Origin: Vicugna vicugna
Taxonomy: Eukaryota
NCBI GenBank assembly: GCA_013265495.1
Contig: MU058423.1
Location: forward strand, 8,665,627-8,729,626
Direction of reading: 5' to 3'
Length of the DNA: 64,000 bases
Shown here: positions 1 to 12,700 of the stretch, piece after piece
How positions within the stretch are numbered: the first letter of the stretch is position 1
Layout of the letters: each line of letters starts with the position of its first letter
The notes under the pieces: model-generated
Databases searched by the model: none
Seen by the model: only the letters and a program-made list of their open reading frames with translations
What the model was told of the DNA's origin: nothing
Position numbers and translations under genes: made by a program

Positions 1-849
1 CACAGGGTCTGGATAGATCATCAGATACACAAGCAATACGGGGTGTATTATCAAACACAAAAGATCAGAATTCTTTCTTAGCAACAGTGTGAAGAGGGCA
101 GGGCTTTCCTTCAGCTCCAATTTCTCTTTTTCAGTATACTCATCACTCTGCAAACCACGACCTGAGGCATCCATTTCTTCCCCGTGCCCCAAATATCACT
201 GGTCTATACAATGACCCTTGAGCTAGAACACACTTCTGTGGACAGCATTTGTGCTCCAGAGATTTCTTGTCTTCTTTCCCAACCACACTTATCCTGTTCA
301 CCATCTTTGTGGGTCTTGTTCTTCAACTGCAAGTAGTGAGTTAATATGAAGAATTCACCTAGACTATTTTATTCACACTTATGCTTCCAAGGTACCATGT
401 AAGTGCCAACTATTTTATTTTGGGGTTTACTTCTTTATATTCTGACCTTCCCATAGAATACTTGAGGCAACTTACGGAAAAGTGTTTAATAAAATAATAA
501 AATACAAGTGTAAGGAAAAAGCATAAGAGCCAGAAAAAAAACGCAAACTAGTAAAGATGTAACCAAGGGGAGAATATCACTCAAACAAACAAAATAGACC
601 ATTGAATGCCACACAGATGCTACAGTTCAGATATAAATTGGACAGAGTCTCTTGGCTGATCAATGAAGAAAGAAAAACAAGCCTTTTGTATTAATTTCCT
701 GAATCATGATTTAGAAGAAAACTAACTCCTTAAGGGAAGTTTCCTGCATTGTATTCTGAGATTAATCTCTGATATGGATCCTTATAATGTGGGGCAGAGA
801 TATGTAAAATGTAAAAAACATTCCTACGACAAATAGAGAAATAATTTCA

Positions 850-2640
850 GGAGTGTTTCTAGAGGTACTCTTTGACTAAAAGTGAGTTCAGAGTTTCTCT
901 TGTGGACAAGATAAAGGGTTGGACTTACCGTTACAACTGAATGAAAAAGCCAGAGAAAATACATGAAACAAAGTTTTTCAGTCACCGAATACGAGGTTGC
1001 AAAGAACAATGATATCTGAGGGAGTGGAAGCAAATGAGGTTAAGTCTTCTGCCCAGACTGACTGCCTGGAGAGGGTTTCCAGGCTATAAATGCAGGAGAG
1101 GAAGAACCCAGGCAGGGCCTGAGGACCTTCTGAGACTGAGGAGAAGGAGCTGGACGTCGAGAGAGGCCGGGAGTGGTGGAGTGTGCAGGACAGAGTACCC
1201 CAGAGAGGAGAGAGCTACCCCGGGAGAGCTCTGGAAATCTTCAGAAAATGTTCAAGTCTTCCCCAAGCTGGGCTACCATAGTGCACGCATGTAGGGCAAC
1301 CACCCACATCTGGGGACAGATCACCCAATGAGAACAAGGGGAGCCACTCTTGGGGTTCCGTAGGGCAAAGGATAATTTGTGCTCCCTCCAACAAGAGTGG
1401 GAGAAACTCATAAATCATGAGATATCAGGGAGAGGACTCAGAAGAGTACTGATTCAGTAAAAAGAGAAAATCGGCCCCAGACTAAAGGTTGCTCCAGTCC
1501 CATATAACCCTACTTAAAAAATAAGGCCCCCAAAGGGTCAAATTTTCTCCAACTAACTTAACTATGGCCTAGAACAAAAGCTCAAGAATTTTTTAAGAAT
1601 ATGACATACCCAGCACCAAGCATGATACAATTCACAATGTCTTGCATCTAATTAAAAAAAAAATTAAAGATCCTAAAAGAGCAGGAATATATGACTCCTA
1701 TTGAGCAGATGAGTCAATCAATAGAAACAGACCCAGAAATGACACATATGAAAGAATAAGTGACAAGAATATTAAACGCTATTATAATGATATTCAATAC
1801 ATTCAAGAAGGTGAAGGAAAGCTTGAGCATGGTGAGTGAAGGCCCAAGAAGAAATACCAGTCATGAAGACTACAATGTCTGGGATTTAGAAGCACACACA
1901 CACATACACACAAGATGTGATTAACAGCAGATTAAACAATGTAGAAGAAAAGACAAGTGAACTAGAAAATATAGCAATTAAAACCATTCAAAATGAAAAA
2001 AAGCTGGAACAAGTAAGCAGAGCACCGGTTAACTGTGGGACAATGCCAGGAACACTTCTAGATCTGTGACTGGAGTCTACAAAAGGGGAGGGGTTGGTGG
2101 TACAGAAAAAACTTCTGAAGAAATAACAGTTGAAATTTTTCCAAATTTAAGGAAAACTAAACTAACAGATCCAAGAATCTTAACAAACCTCAAACACAAA
2201 AAAATTATAAAGAAAATTATGAGGGCATAACACAATCAAATTTCTTAAAGTCAGTCATAAAAATATCCTACAAGTAACCAGAGATTAAAAAAAAAGACAT
2301 TGCATTAAAAGAATAAGGATAAGCAGATTTAGAAGACAATGAAATGTTTCTAAAGAACTAAAAAAGAAACCTGTCAACCTAGAATTCTCTACCAATAAAA
2401 CTATCTTTCAAAATGAAAGACCAAAAAACAAAAAAAAATCAAGAGAGTGAGAGACTTTCTCAGTAGAGAATTCATCATCAGCAAACATGTACGTACAATA
2501 AGAAATATTAAAGTAAGGTTTTTAAACAGAAGGGAAATGATGGTAGAGGAAAATCTGAATCTACAGTAAAAAATGATGAGTGCTGGGAATGGTAAATATA
2601 TAGTTAAACATAAATTTTTTTTCTTAGTTTTCAAATATCT
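850..2640 (+). mobile_element. Old LINE-1 (L1M-type) 5'/ORF1 relic
   Basis: A-rich; gtcaacctagaattctctaccaataaaactatctttcaaaatgaa resembles ORF1 QPRILYPAKLSFK; boundaries approximate. Confidence 0.7.
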
Positions 2641-2849
2641 TTAAAACATAACCAATTATTTCAATTCAGTAAGTTAGGATGGTCCCAAGAAAGACGAATG
2701 TTTTTCAAGTTCTTATGGTGATTCTGATAAAAGTAATCTGAGAACCACACTTGAAGTGTCTGCTTATTATTTCTATGGGTTTGAACTCCTCCGTCTTGGA
2801 AATTGGCATTTCAAAATGAGCTGCAACATGATTAAAGGAGGCAATTTAT

Positions 2850-2897
2850 AATAAATAAACACACAACTCTTTTAATTCCAGAAATTATCATTTTACT
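2850..2897 (-). terminator. Candidate distal polyadenylation region (AGTAAA 2897-2892, ATTAAA 2876-2871, downstream GU/U-rich tract)
   Basis: Variant hexamers followed by GTTGTGTGTTTATTTATT on the minus strand; proximal AATAAA also at 3415-3410 and 3525-3520. Confidence 0.5.
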
Positions 2898-3014
2898 ATA
2901 CAAAAAAAAAATCTTAAGCATTTACAAAAGAAAATCAAAAGAAGTTGCATTTTTAGACCATATTGGAAAAGTTACACAAGAGTCTGATGAACAAAGAACA
3001 TGATAAAACATCTC

Positions 3015-3020
3015 CGTACC
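3015..3020 (-). promoter_or_regulatory. miR-126-3p 6mer seed match (GGTACG) in the 3'UTR
   Basis: Minus strand ...ATGGTACGGAGATG...; complement of miR-126-3p nt 2-7; miR-126 is a known VCAM1 regulator. Confidence 0.55.
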
Positions 3021-3626
3021 ATATTAGTACCATCCAGAGAAATCCAGTCAACCATTATACCATAGGCTGAAGCATTTAGTACCTGAAAGTCAACCCAGTG
3101 CCCTCTTGGTTTATCATTTGACATCTTTACAAAACATTGTTGTCCATGAACTTTATAGGAAAGAAATTTTGTTAAAGGAAATAAAATATTAAAAAGATGA
3201 CATAGTTCAGCTGCCAGTCAATATTAAGATGCATTAAGTTATAACAATCAGTCCAAGCAACATTCTAATAATTTTAGAAATGTGAGTACAGAGTGCTGAT
3301 ACTCCAAGCAATGTTGCTATGGGATAATTTTATTTTACATATATACAAATCATGTTATCGTATATACACATCAAGAAACTACTCCAGTCATCACATCTCA
3401 ATGGTAGCGTTTATTTTTTTAGGCAGAAACTTTCCTTTGGCTTCTTGCTCACAGCAAGGGGCACAGGCAACCATTTCTTTCCAAGAGTTCACTACATTCA
3501 AAGACGTCTGGACTCCCAGTTTATTATGTTCCTTGTGGAATGATGAGCAGCCTTGAGGATTTGATTTGATGGCTAGTGTCTCTGGTTGAACATTTCAAAT
3601 GTTAGCTACACTTTTGATTTCTGTGC

Positions 3627-3766
3627 TTATACAAGGCTGTATGACCCTCTCATATTCGCTCTTCTGGCAAAGTAAATAATCATTCCAGTGGCAGGTATCA
3701 CTAAGGAGGATGCACAATAGAGCACGAGAAGTTCCGGAGAAAAATAGTCCTTGCTACTTTCTCTTT
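3627..3766 (-). CDS. VCAM1: VCAM1 exon 9 coding part, TM helix and truncated cytoplasmic tail ([46 protein letters not shown])
   Basis: Acceptor atttttcag; TAA at 3629-3627; ancestral-type TAG in frame at 3608-3606. Confidence 0.93.
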
Positions 3767-6700
3767 CTGAAAAATAACAAAATGGACACAATTAATGTCT
3801 AGTACAAAAAGAAATCATTTAATACTAATAGTGACATGTTTTAACAGTACAACTAGTTCTCTAAAGAGAAATGAATCAAAGCAGTGAGAAGGACCCAAAA
3901 TGCATATTTCTTTGAATTACCCAAATCATCAGTTCGCAGTTGCTATGGTCAAGATGGGTCTAAAGATGACAGCTGTTGACTTTTGCAAACTTGGATTCAA
4001 AGAGGCTCAGGTTCCATTGCAGAATGGAAAGAAGGACACAGCCTTTTAGAGCTCATTTACAGGAGAAAGAATTTGGAGAGGAGTGTTTGCTTTGGGAAAT
4101 ATAAATCTCTGCTAAAGAACTAGGACTCTGATCACTATGGATTCAAACAACTAACCAGTTCTCCAGGAAAATCCTTGTAACACCTCGAGTGTAACCATTA
4201 TAGTCAAACACTCCATAAGATAATAAGAGAAAAATTCTTGCTGATGACTTTTTTCAGGAATAGATGGAAAACTTTCCATTTTGTATCTCTGAAGTAGGGC
4301 ATTTTAATATATCTTATTCCTCTTCAGCATTTATATCATTGCTTGATCATATGAAATTCTTTGGATAGCATTATATTTTAGCTTAAATGCTACTAGAGAA
4401 GCATTCTCTGACCCACATCTCCCCCAGCCTAAATTAGGAACTTTTATAACCCACAGCATTTTCCCTCCATAGCTCTTATCACAGCTTATAAACATTTGTT
4501 TGTATGATTATCTATTAACATTGGTCTCTTCCTTCAGTCTGTAAATTACACAAGGACACATATCTATTTTCTTTTTGATTCACCACTGAATAGCCAGTAC
4601 CTGACTCACTGCTTGAAGTTGCTTGCACCCAATAAATATTTTTTTAATAGTAATACATTTTTTTCTTTCTACATCCTGTCATTTTGTCACTTGGTTGTAA
4701 ATTGGGTACAGAAGTTATTGGTATACAAAAACTAAAATTAGTACTCTATCTAGTCTACTAAAAACCATCTGACAGCTGCAATACTGTTTACCATCTTAAC
4801 TTTAAAAACATCTGATGAAGATAGCCTGGTATTTACTGAAGATTCATCTCTATTTGCAATTGTGTTTGCACAGCATTGTACGACCTCACAAGTATTCCGT
4901 TTCTGCAAGTGTCACATATATTGTCTCAGTTCTGGAAGAAATGACTGTGGTAATCATTGCTTTCCCTCTAGATGTTTCTAATTACTGGATGTCAACCAAG
5001 AAAGAAAGAATCACTAGGGTCAGATGATGGGAAGTCCTTTTTTTTTTTTTGAATTATTGAAATTAAAAATACTTCACCATAAACATGACAATTGCTTTAT
5101 TTTTCTGCTTTCCTTTCTCCTTTGTCAGAGTATAAGGGTAATATTTTAATGGAATATCCATTATCATAATTATGGTGAGACATCAATATTGATGACTTGT
5201 TGGGCAATGGTATTTCTGCCCCTATTGTTTTCTTTCCAATTTAATAAATATTATCTTTTGCCTTTGGTTTTCCCCTCAGGCATCTGCAGTAAAATACAAA
5301 TTGGTTGCTGAGTTGGTTGCCAGGGAAACCTCCAAATACAATTTTCTATTAGCTGTATAAACACTGAAAATCCTAAAGACTCCCAACCATTTCTACAATT
5401 GGAATACATTCAAGCAAAAGTGTTTGTCAAACAAAATGAAACAAAATTAATTTTAAAACTTAGCTAAATTCAAAAGATGACTAATTCAAAAATTCCCAGG
5501 AAAAAAAGTCAAATTTTTGACTCCATTCATTTGTAGTTATTTTAAACCACATTTATTTTGGGGGTCTGAATTTCTAGCTGAGTGCCAAATGAGCTTTAAT
5601 TTTTTATTTAAGCAATGAGTGAAAAAAGGCAAATATGTAAGTTACTAACTTAATAAAGCAATTAGAAAAGACAACAATTGTATGAGAGAGTTACACAGCT
5701 GGAGAAGAAGATTTGATACGTCTTTAAAAAGGAATCACTGACTAGAAATAGAATTGTAAAAATGTTAGGAGTCCAAGTTCCTGTGGCTAGGCTTAAAGGT
5801 GGTACTGAGGATTAAAGAAAATAAGAATAAATGAATTTCAGACTACTCATAACTGAGATCTCAATCCATCCAGAATCATCGCCTGATTGGAGGCGCTGAT
5901 TACATATCCCCCTGTGTCGTGTTGCATGACATGACACAAAGTAAATTTTCCATTCTTTGAACACATAGTAACTTCATTGGCTAGATCAGCTTTTTTCAGG
6001 ATAATCACTGCAGGTGGATGAAAAAGTTTTACATGTAATCGCGATACTTTCCCCTTTAGCATTCTAGAGGGAACTATTGATATTGTCATCTTTTGAGGAG
6101 GTACTATGAAGACAGAAAACATGGTATTCGGTGATACCTCATTGTGGTATATATATATTCATGAATGGGACATTATGTGTACATCAGAAATTGACACATT
6201 GTAACCGACTATATTTCAATTTTTTTAAAAAATTAAAAAAAAACATATGATAAGGCTTGTAATCTTGAGAACTTTGGCCAGATAAGTAAAATTTTTACCC
6301 ATTTTCTGACTAGGTTTAAATTTTCTTTACACTGATGAGTGGCTGTGAACTCTGAAAGCCAACCTCCAGAGGCTCTTAAGAGTTGGCATTTGTTCGCAGT
6401 CTTATTCACTCCAAGTTTGCCTTCCCATACTCAATGAGAGCTCATTAGCACGCGTGGAGTGGGAGACTGAGTAGTAAAGGCTGACAAATTCTGCTTCCGC
6501 TGATAAAATCAACAGATCCTACTATGAATTCACAAGAGTGATTAGGAGATTAAGCGGCCCCTAGAATTTCTTTGCTGGGACCATTGCCCCCCCCCCATCA
6601 GAGAAGGGTTGGATGGACAAGGGGCTTGGATTTTCTAAGGAGGCAGTTCCATAGTCAAGAGATTCCTTTATGTTGTTCAACATTAAGATCATCACCGCAA

Positions 6701-9700
6701 TCATTATCCTGAAAAGAGTCAATCCAGAAAATACGCAGTTACTCCACGTTCAGAGAGTGGTGCTCTCTTCCGGTAGGAAGGAAAAGGGTCTCTCTTTCTA
6801 TGTGCCCATTCTACATCTTTAGTTTCCTTGTAACCTCCAGGGAAATGTTTTGAAAATATATTTAAATGCTTAAGAAATGCAAGGCCTCAGAGACCAGTGA
6901 TGAATTGTCAATGTTTAAAAAAACAAATGAGAATTCTGCACTGATCAATGATTAATGTCAACTTCCTACCCTGCAGGCTAGAGCAGCTGTGCGTGATTAT
7001 TCTAGGAAACACCAAGAAATGACTATAATCAACATGGAATTCAACTCCATTTTGCCAACTTATTCATCCAATCCTTGAAATTCTTTACAATCCACCAAAT
7101 CTCTGCCCTATTATAAAAACAACAACAACAAGTAACTAACCTTTAACATTAAGCGTTATACTTCTTAACTGAAAGCCAACTTCATTTTTAGATTCACACT
7201 CATATACTCCCGCATCCTGTAACTGGGCCTTGTGAATGGTATATGCACCATCTGTAGACTTTAGCAGCGTGTCACCAGTCTCTGCTTTTTTCTTCAGGAT
7301 TATCAAAGTCTGGGGAGCATTTCCACACGTACAAGAGATAATGACCGTGTCTCCTTCCCTGACGCTCTCAGAAGGAAAAGCTGTAAGTTGTGTATCTTTT
7401 GGAGCAACTGTAGAGAGAATTTAAAGACACCTCTGATTGAGTGAAATATAAACCAATTCGATATTAACTTAATGACAGTAACAATAGCTGTCAAGACGCT
7501 ATTTGTGCTTACTGTTTGAACTGTTTAGAGGCGCAATTAAAGAAGTCAGGGCTTTCCTGGATTGTTGTAAATCATCCTGCTTTTAATAAAAGAAGACACC
7601 TCTTATGCTTCTCATGTCTCTTAATCTAATTCGTTACCCAGCCTAGCCCAAGAATAGGTGTTCAAAAACAGCTATGGATTTCAAATGTGGAAAAGAACTT
7701 TTTCTTTGGTCACACTGTTGTGCAAATATTTCTCTAAGTATAAAGGCCTTTGCAGGTCTCTGAGTTTTGATCTTGACCCCAGATCAAAAAATTAAGCTGT
7801 GCAGAGATAGGTCTTACTATCCTTAACAACAACAATACCAGTTACTAAATGCCAGGCACTGGGCTAAGTATTTGACACCAACATCTTGTTAATACACAAC
7901 TCATGGAAGGAGCTACCATATTACCATTTTATAAGTGAGATTGCCTCTAAGTTCATCTGTTTTGTGACTTGATTTGATATTCTTGCCCAGCCAGAGCTAC
8001 AGTACCATGACATCCATCCTATGGGCTTTCCTTTAAGTGGTGCATTGCCCTTCCAAAGTCCTCCCAATAAAATACAAGTTACCATTGATATGAAGTAACA
8101 AGAAAGTCACTAATACCTTAGTGGAAATAATACTGAGATGTAAGAGAGGAACTAACAGCCCTAGTGAAGAAATGGACCTTGAACCCCAGAAGGGAAAGTA
8201 TAAGGGGAATTCAAACTGATTACCACACGTTTCTGCCCCAAACTCCTAAAGTTTCAACCTGTCAAGTAGGAGTTCTGTCTTACCTCTCCATCCTGGAGAA
8301 AATGGGTAAGGGTCTGCTAACTTAATCTACCCTAGTGGTTTTATGCCATTAAGCTGGTGAACCAGAGGGCATTATCTCTGCTACTCTTAATCTCAGAATT
8401 TATAAAAGGCTTAAGTGCCTTCTTAGGTTTCTAAGCAAATATTAGCAGGCATCTTGTGAGATTACCACTCAGAGTTTAATTCAGCTCGATAGGGTGACTT
8501 TCATCTTAAGTGATTTCCAAATACATATATACTTGTCCCTGTCCTTATTTCAACATCATAATCATTGCCCCAAAGGTGTAACTGGAACTCTTGGCACAGT
8601 TCCTGGAGCTAGGATTCCATCTGAGGTTAAGAGAATTTTAGAGTAAGTGACTTGGAAGGGGTCATGAGAAAATACTATCCCAGGAGTTTTCCACTCGTAG
8701 GAACAACATGAGCTTTTCAGAACTCTAAATACATTTTTTTAGTAAGAATTTTGTTTTCAAAGAGGACTTTACTCAAAACCAGTAACACAACCAAAATACA
8801 ACTAGCAGTAATAACTCATTTAATCACTTAGCTCACCTTGGATAATTAATTCAACTTCTTTTCTGCTTATTCCAGCCTGGTTAATTCCTTCACACACATA
8901 AATACCAGAATCTTCCATTTTTGTGGACATTAAGGTGAGAGTTGTGTTCTCAGAAAGAGGCTGGAGATCCCCATTATTTAGCTGCTTGCTCCACAGGGTT
9001 TTTGGAGCTGGAAGGCCATCGCTAGAGCATGTCATGTTCACAGAACGGCCTTCCTCCAGGACGGAGGAGGGGCTGACCAAGATGGCTGTAACCTGGGGAG
9101 CAACTGAAAAGGGAGGGACACCTGTTAGCTTGACCCTTATACCCTGAGCTTCAAAGAGTTTTAATAATGTTGCAAAACTGGGCTATGGATTTAGTGGATT
9201 GGAGCAGTTTATAAACTTTGATAACTTTATGGCAGGAGGCTTCTGTCCTCATTTGCTTGGCAGATGCAGAATGGGGGAGTAGAATGTAGACACATTATGA
9301 ATATTTTCTAATGGAGTTATTTCCTTTCTATAGAACTTATATTCTATAGAAGTGCTCTTGCTACAAAGAGTGGATGGTCGTGATAGTGTACATTGACGTT
9401 TATGGTACATGAAACGTGATCATGAACTACGTGAATTTCCTTTGGAAAGGTGGAGTCTACTTGTCCGCCTCTTGAACCTAGCTGGCCTTGAGACAAACTC
9501 TGATATATCCCAGAAGAAGTAACACTGTCGGGCTTCCAAGCCCAGGCCCTAAGAGGTATCTTCCACTACCACCCTCTTCAAACACTGTGCTCTGGTGGCT
9601 AAACCTAGGCTACCTTCCTTGAGAGATACCACATGGGGAAAGGAAGACCCAGATGCCCCAGAGGAGGCCCCAGACACATGAGTGAGGCCACCTGCACCGT

Positions 9701-12700
9701 CCCCCACTGACCTGTCAACGGACTGAAAATGCGTAAGTGAGGTCATCTGATACCGTATTGAGCAAACTGCCCATCTGACCTCTTCCTAAATGGTCAGCTC
9801 AGACTCATAAGCAAATAAATGGTTGTTTTAAGCATTGGGGGTGGTTTGTTCCAACAATCATTATTTTGAAGTTTCTTTTCAATTATTTTTTTCACAAAAG
9901 TTATAACTATGAACCTCATGTCAACTATTGCCTGGCAACCATGATTTAAAAATCCATATTAGGGGAAGGGTTAGCTCAAGTGGTAGAGTGCACGCTTAGC
10001 ATGCATTAGGTCCTGGGTTCAATCCCCACTATCTCCTCTAAAAATAAATTAATAAACTTCATCATCTCCCCCACCCCAAAATAATAGAATTGAATTGAAT
10101 TGATTTGAATTAAAAAAATTAAAATCCATATTAAATTGTGGTTCCATCACACATGGACTTACCATTAACATAAAGTGTCTGTGTATTCTGCTCTTGTTTG
10201 AGTTCGAATTCCATTTCATCAATAGATAACTTCGCCTGACAAACAAGAACTTTTCCAGTATCTTCAGTGGTTGGGATGAAGGTCATTTCCAAACTCTTCG
10301 TCTCTAGGGATTTTGTATCTACATTTCTCAAAAAGGTCTTATTCTTCATAATACTCTCCCCCTTAAGCAATTCAATTTCTAGTCGATCAAAAGAATATAC
10401 ATCAGGAACTTTGCAGCTTACAGTGACGGGCTTTCCACTCACGAACAGACCACTCATCTCAATTTCTAGGTTTCTAGGGAATACTGCAAAGATCAAGCAA
10501 ATGTTTATATGAGGCATTCAAGGGAAAACAGAACTAATTTCTATCAAATGCAAAGGTCTCAAAATGAAGGTTTTAACTCACCTGGGACAGAATGATCACC
10601 AACATATAAATAACAACAGTAAGTGTAAATGTTTATGATATTAAATATAAAAAATGTTTGGAACAAAAAGCCACCTAGCACATCAAATCTTAAATAATAA
10701 ATATAATTCTTATTCTTTTCTTCTGAGTGACGCAGTCTTGCTGACAGCTATGGACCGATCTTTTCGAAGGGCACACACACTTCCACCATTTTGTTCAGTA
10801 ACTCCACATTTTAAATGTTTTAAATATTTGCCATGATGTATTGAATATTTACCATGTGCTAGTCCCTTAATATTCATTATCTCAGTCTTCAAAACAGCCT
10901 CATCAAATGAGTATTAACTTATTCTACAGCTAGAAAAACTTATAGAGAACGTATTTCACTGCTAGGAAAACTTACAAAACTTAGCAGAGGCTAAGAGTCT
11001 GCCATTTAGTATCATATCTAATAAGTCACTGAGCCAAGATCAGAATTCGTATTTCTTTGGGCTCAGAGCCCAGGCTTGGTTTCAGAGTCATGCAGCCTCA
11101 TCTCACATAAGACCCAAGGGTAATTCTCAATTTAAACATTCTAATTTCTAATGGCCAAGTTCAGGCATAAAGTTTTATATATTCCTCAAATAATACTTGA
11201 GTTACGACAAAAACTATAAGAGACTTAGATTCTAAATAATATTTACAACGCTTCTTACGCAAACCAATAAAAAGGAGATTAAACTGGTTACCAAGAGCAA
11301 AAGCAATGCTAATTTTTTTTCCCTGAAACTAAATGTTGTTGCAGCGATACATTCTCTAACGTTTCCATGTTACAGGAAGGCGTCACTGCTGCTTCTCATT
11401 GCTGTTGGGAATGCGCTTGCATCAGCAGATCCTGGACTCTTGGTAATAGGATATCACAATAAATTTACCCTTCTTTTGAGAGATTCAAATCCCTTTACAG
11501 ACAGACTCTAACTCATTCTGAACAAAATCCTGAGAGTAACACAAGTTTGGGCAGGATTTCTGGTGGAAAATCTCTACAATTGTTCTCTTGAATTCTGCTG
11601 AATAAAACGAGGTGGAAAAACCCTCCCAAAGAATAACTTTATGATCCTTTTGTACATTTTTGTCCCTTGTTCATAATAAACTGAGGAACTCCAGCAAAGT
11701 CAGCTTATAGAGATTTGAGGTTGTAAAGGATTTTTGCTGAGGTGACAAGAACAGCCAGAAGAAGTGCAGTGCATGTACGCGGTGTACGTCAGTATCACAA
11801 CCTAGTGCAATCTCCTGCCTCTGCTTTTCACTGAGCTCCTGCCACTGAGCATCCCTTTTCACTGAGCTCCTGCCACATGACCAATCTAACTCCCTGTACT
11901 CATTTTTGGCTTTTTCCTGCTCCCTGTTGCCTCACTGTCCCATCCTGCTAATCAGCTTTCAAATGCTAATTACCTTCAAAACAGTAGGTTGTGCCTCACC
12001 CACAGTTTGAATAACTGAGCAGCAGTCACTCCACCCCATCATCTGAACAGGCTCTGACCCCTCCTTGCTCACAACCCCCTCTGTAGACCCCATATACACA
12101 CAGAGGTGGGTGGGAAGCAGGGAGCATGGAGTGTGTCCAAGTGTGTGATTCCAGAGAATTGACAAGATACAAACTGAGGACTGGGGATGCTGGGTACATG
12201 TTTAATACATACTTAAGATTTAAGCCACATCAAAAATTCTGCTTCAGAGATTCAGGAACCACTCACAATGCTAATTTCCCCTTCTAAACACAGGGATCTT
12301 GTTGTGTATAGCAGACTTACATTCTATTTCTTCCAATGGAACTGAGAATGACAACATCAACAAGAAAACAGTAAACGATTCCGAAAACCACTTACAGTAG
12401 AGCTTCACTTGGGTTTTCCTTTCCAGTTCCTTTTCATGCCCACATGTCACGGCACACTGGTAAGAATGTTCATGCTCAAGACTCACAGGGCTCAGGGTCA
12501 GCGTGGATTTGGATCCTTCAGTGGTCACATTCCCACTCAGGGGGCTGTCTAGCTGGGTTCTCCAAGAGAAAGATGGGGACTCACAGCCCGTGACAATACA
12601 TGTCAACATGACCAAGTCACCAATCTGAGCAGCGACCCAGGGTCCAGGAGAGATCTCTACAGTAAACATTTTCTCTGGGGGGAAAGAGGACAAGACGAAA

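Noticed and set aside
9962..10040. tRNA-like sequences with A and B boxes (also near 36850 and 39460)
   Set aside because: They have A-rich tails and/or TSDs and lack a proper acceptor stem; they are SINEs, not tRNA genes.
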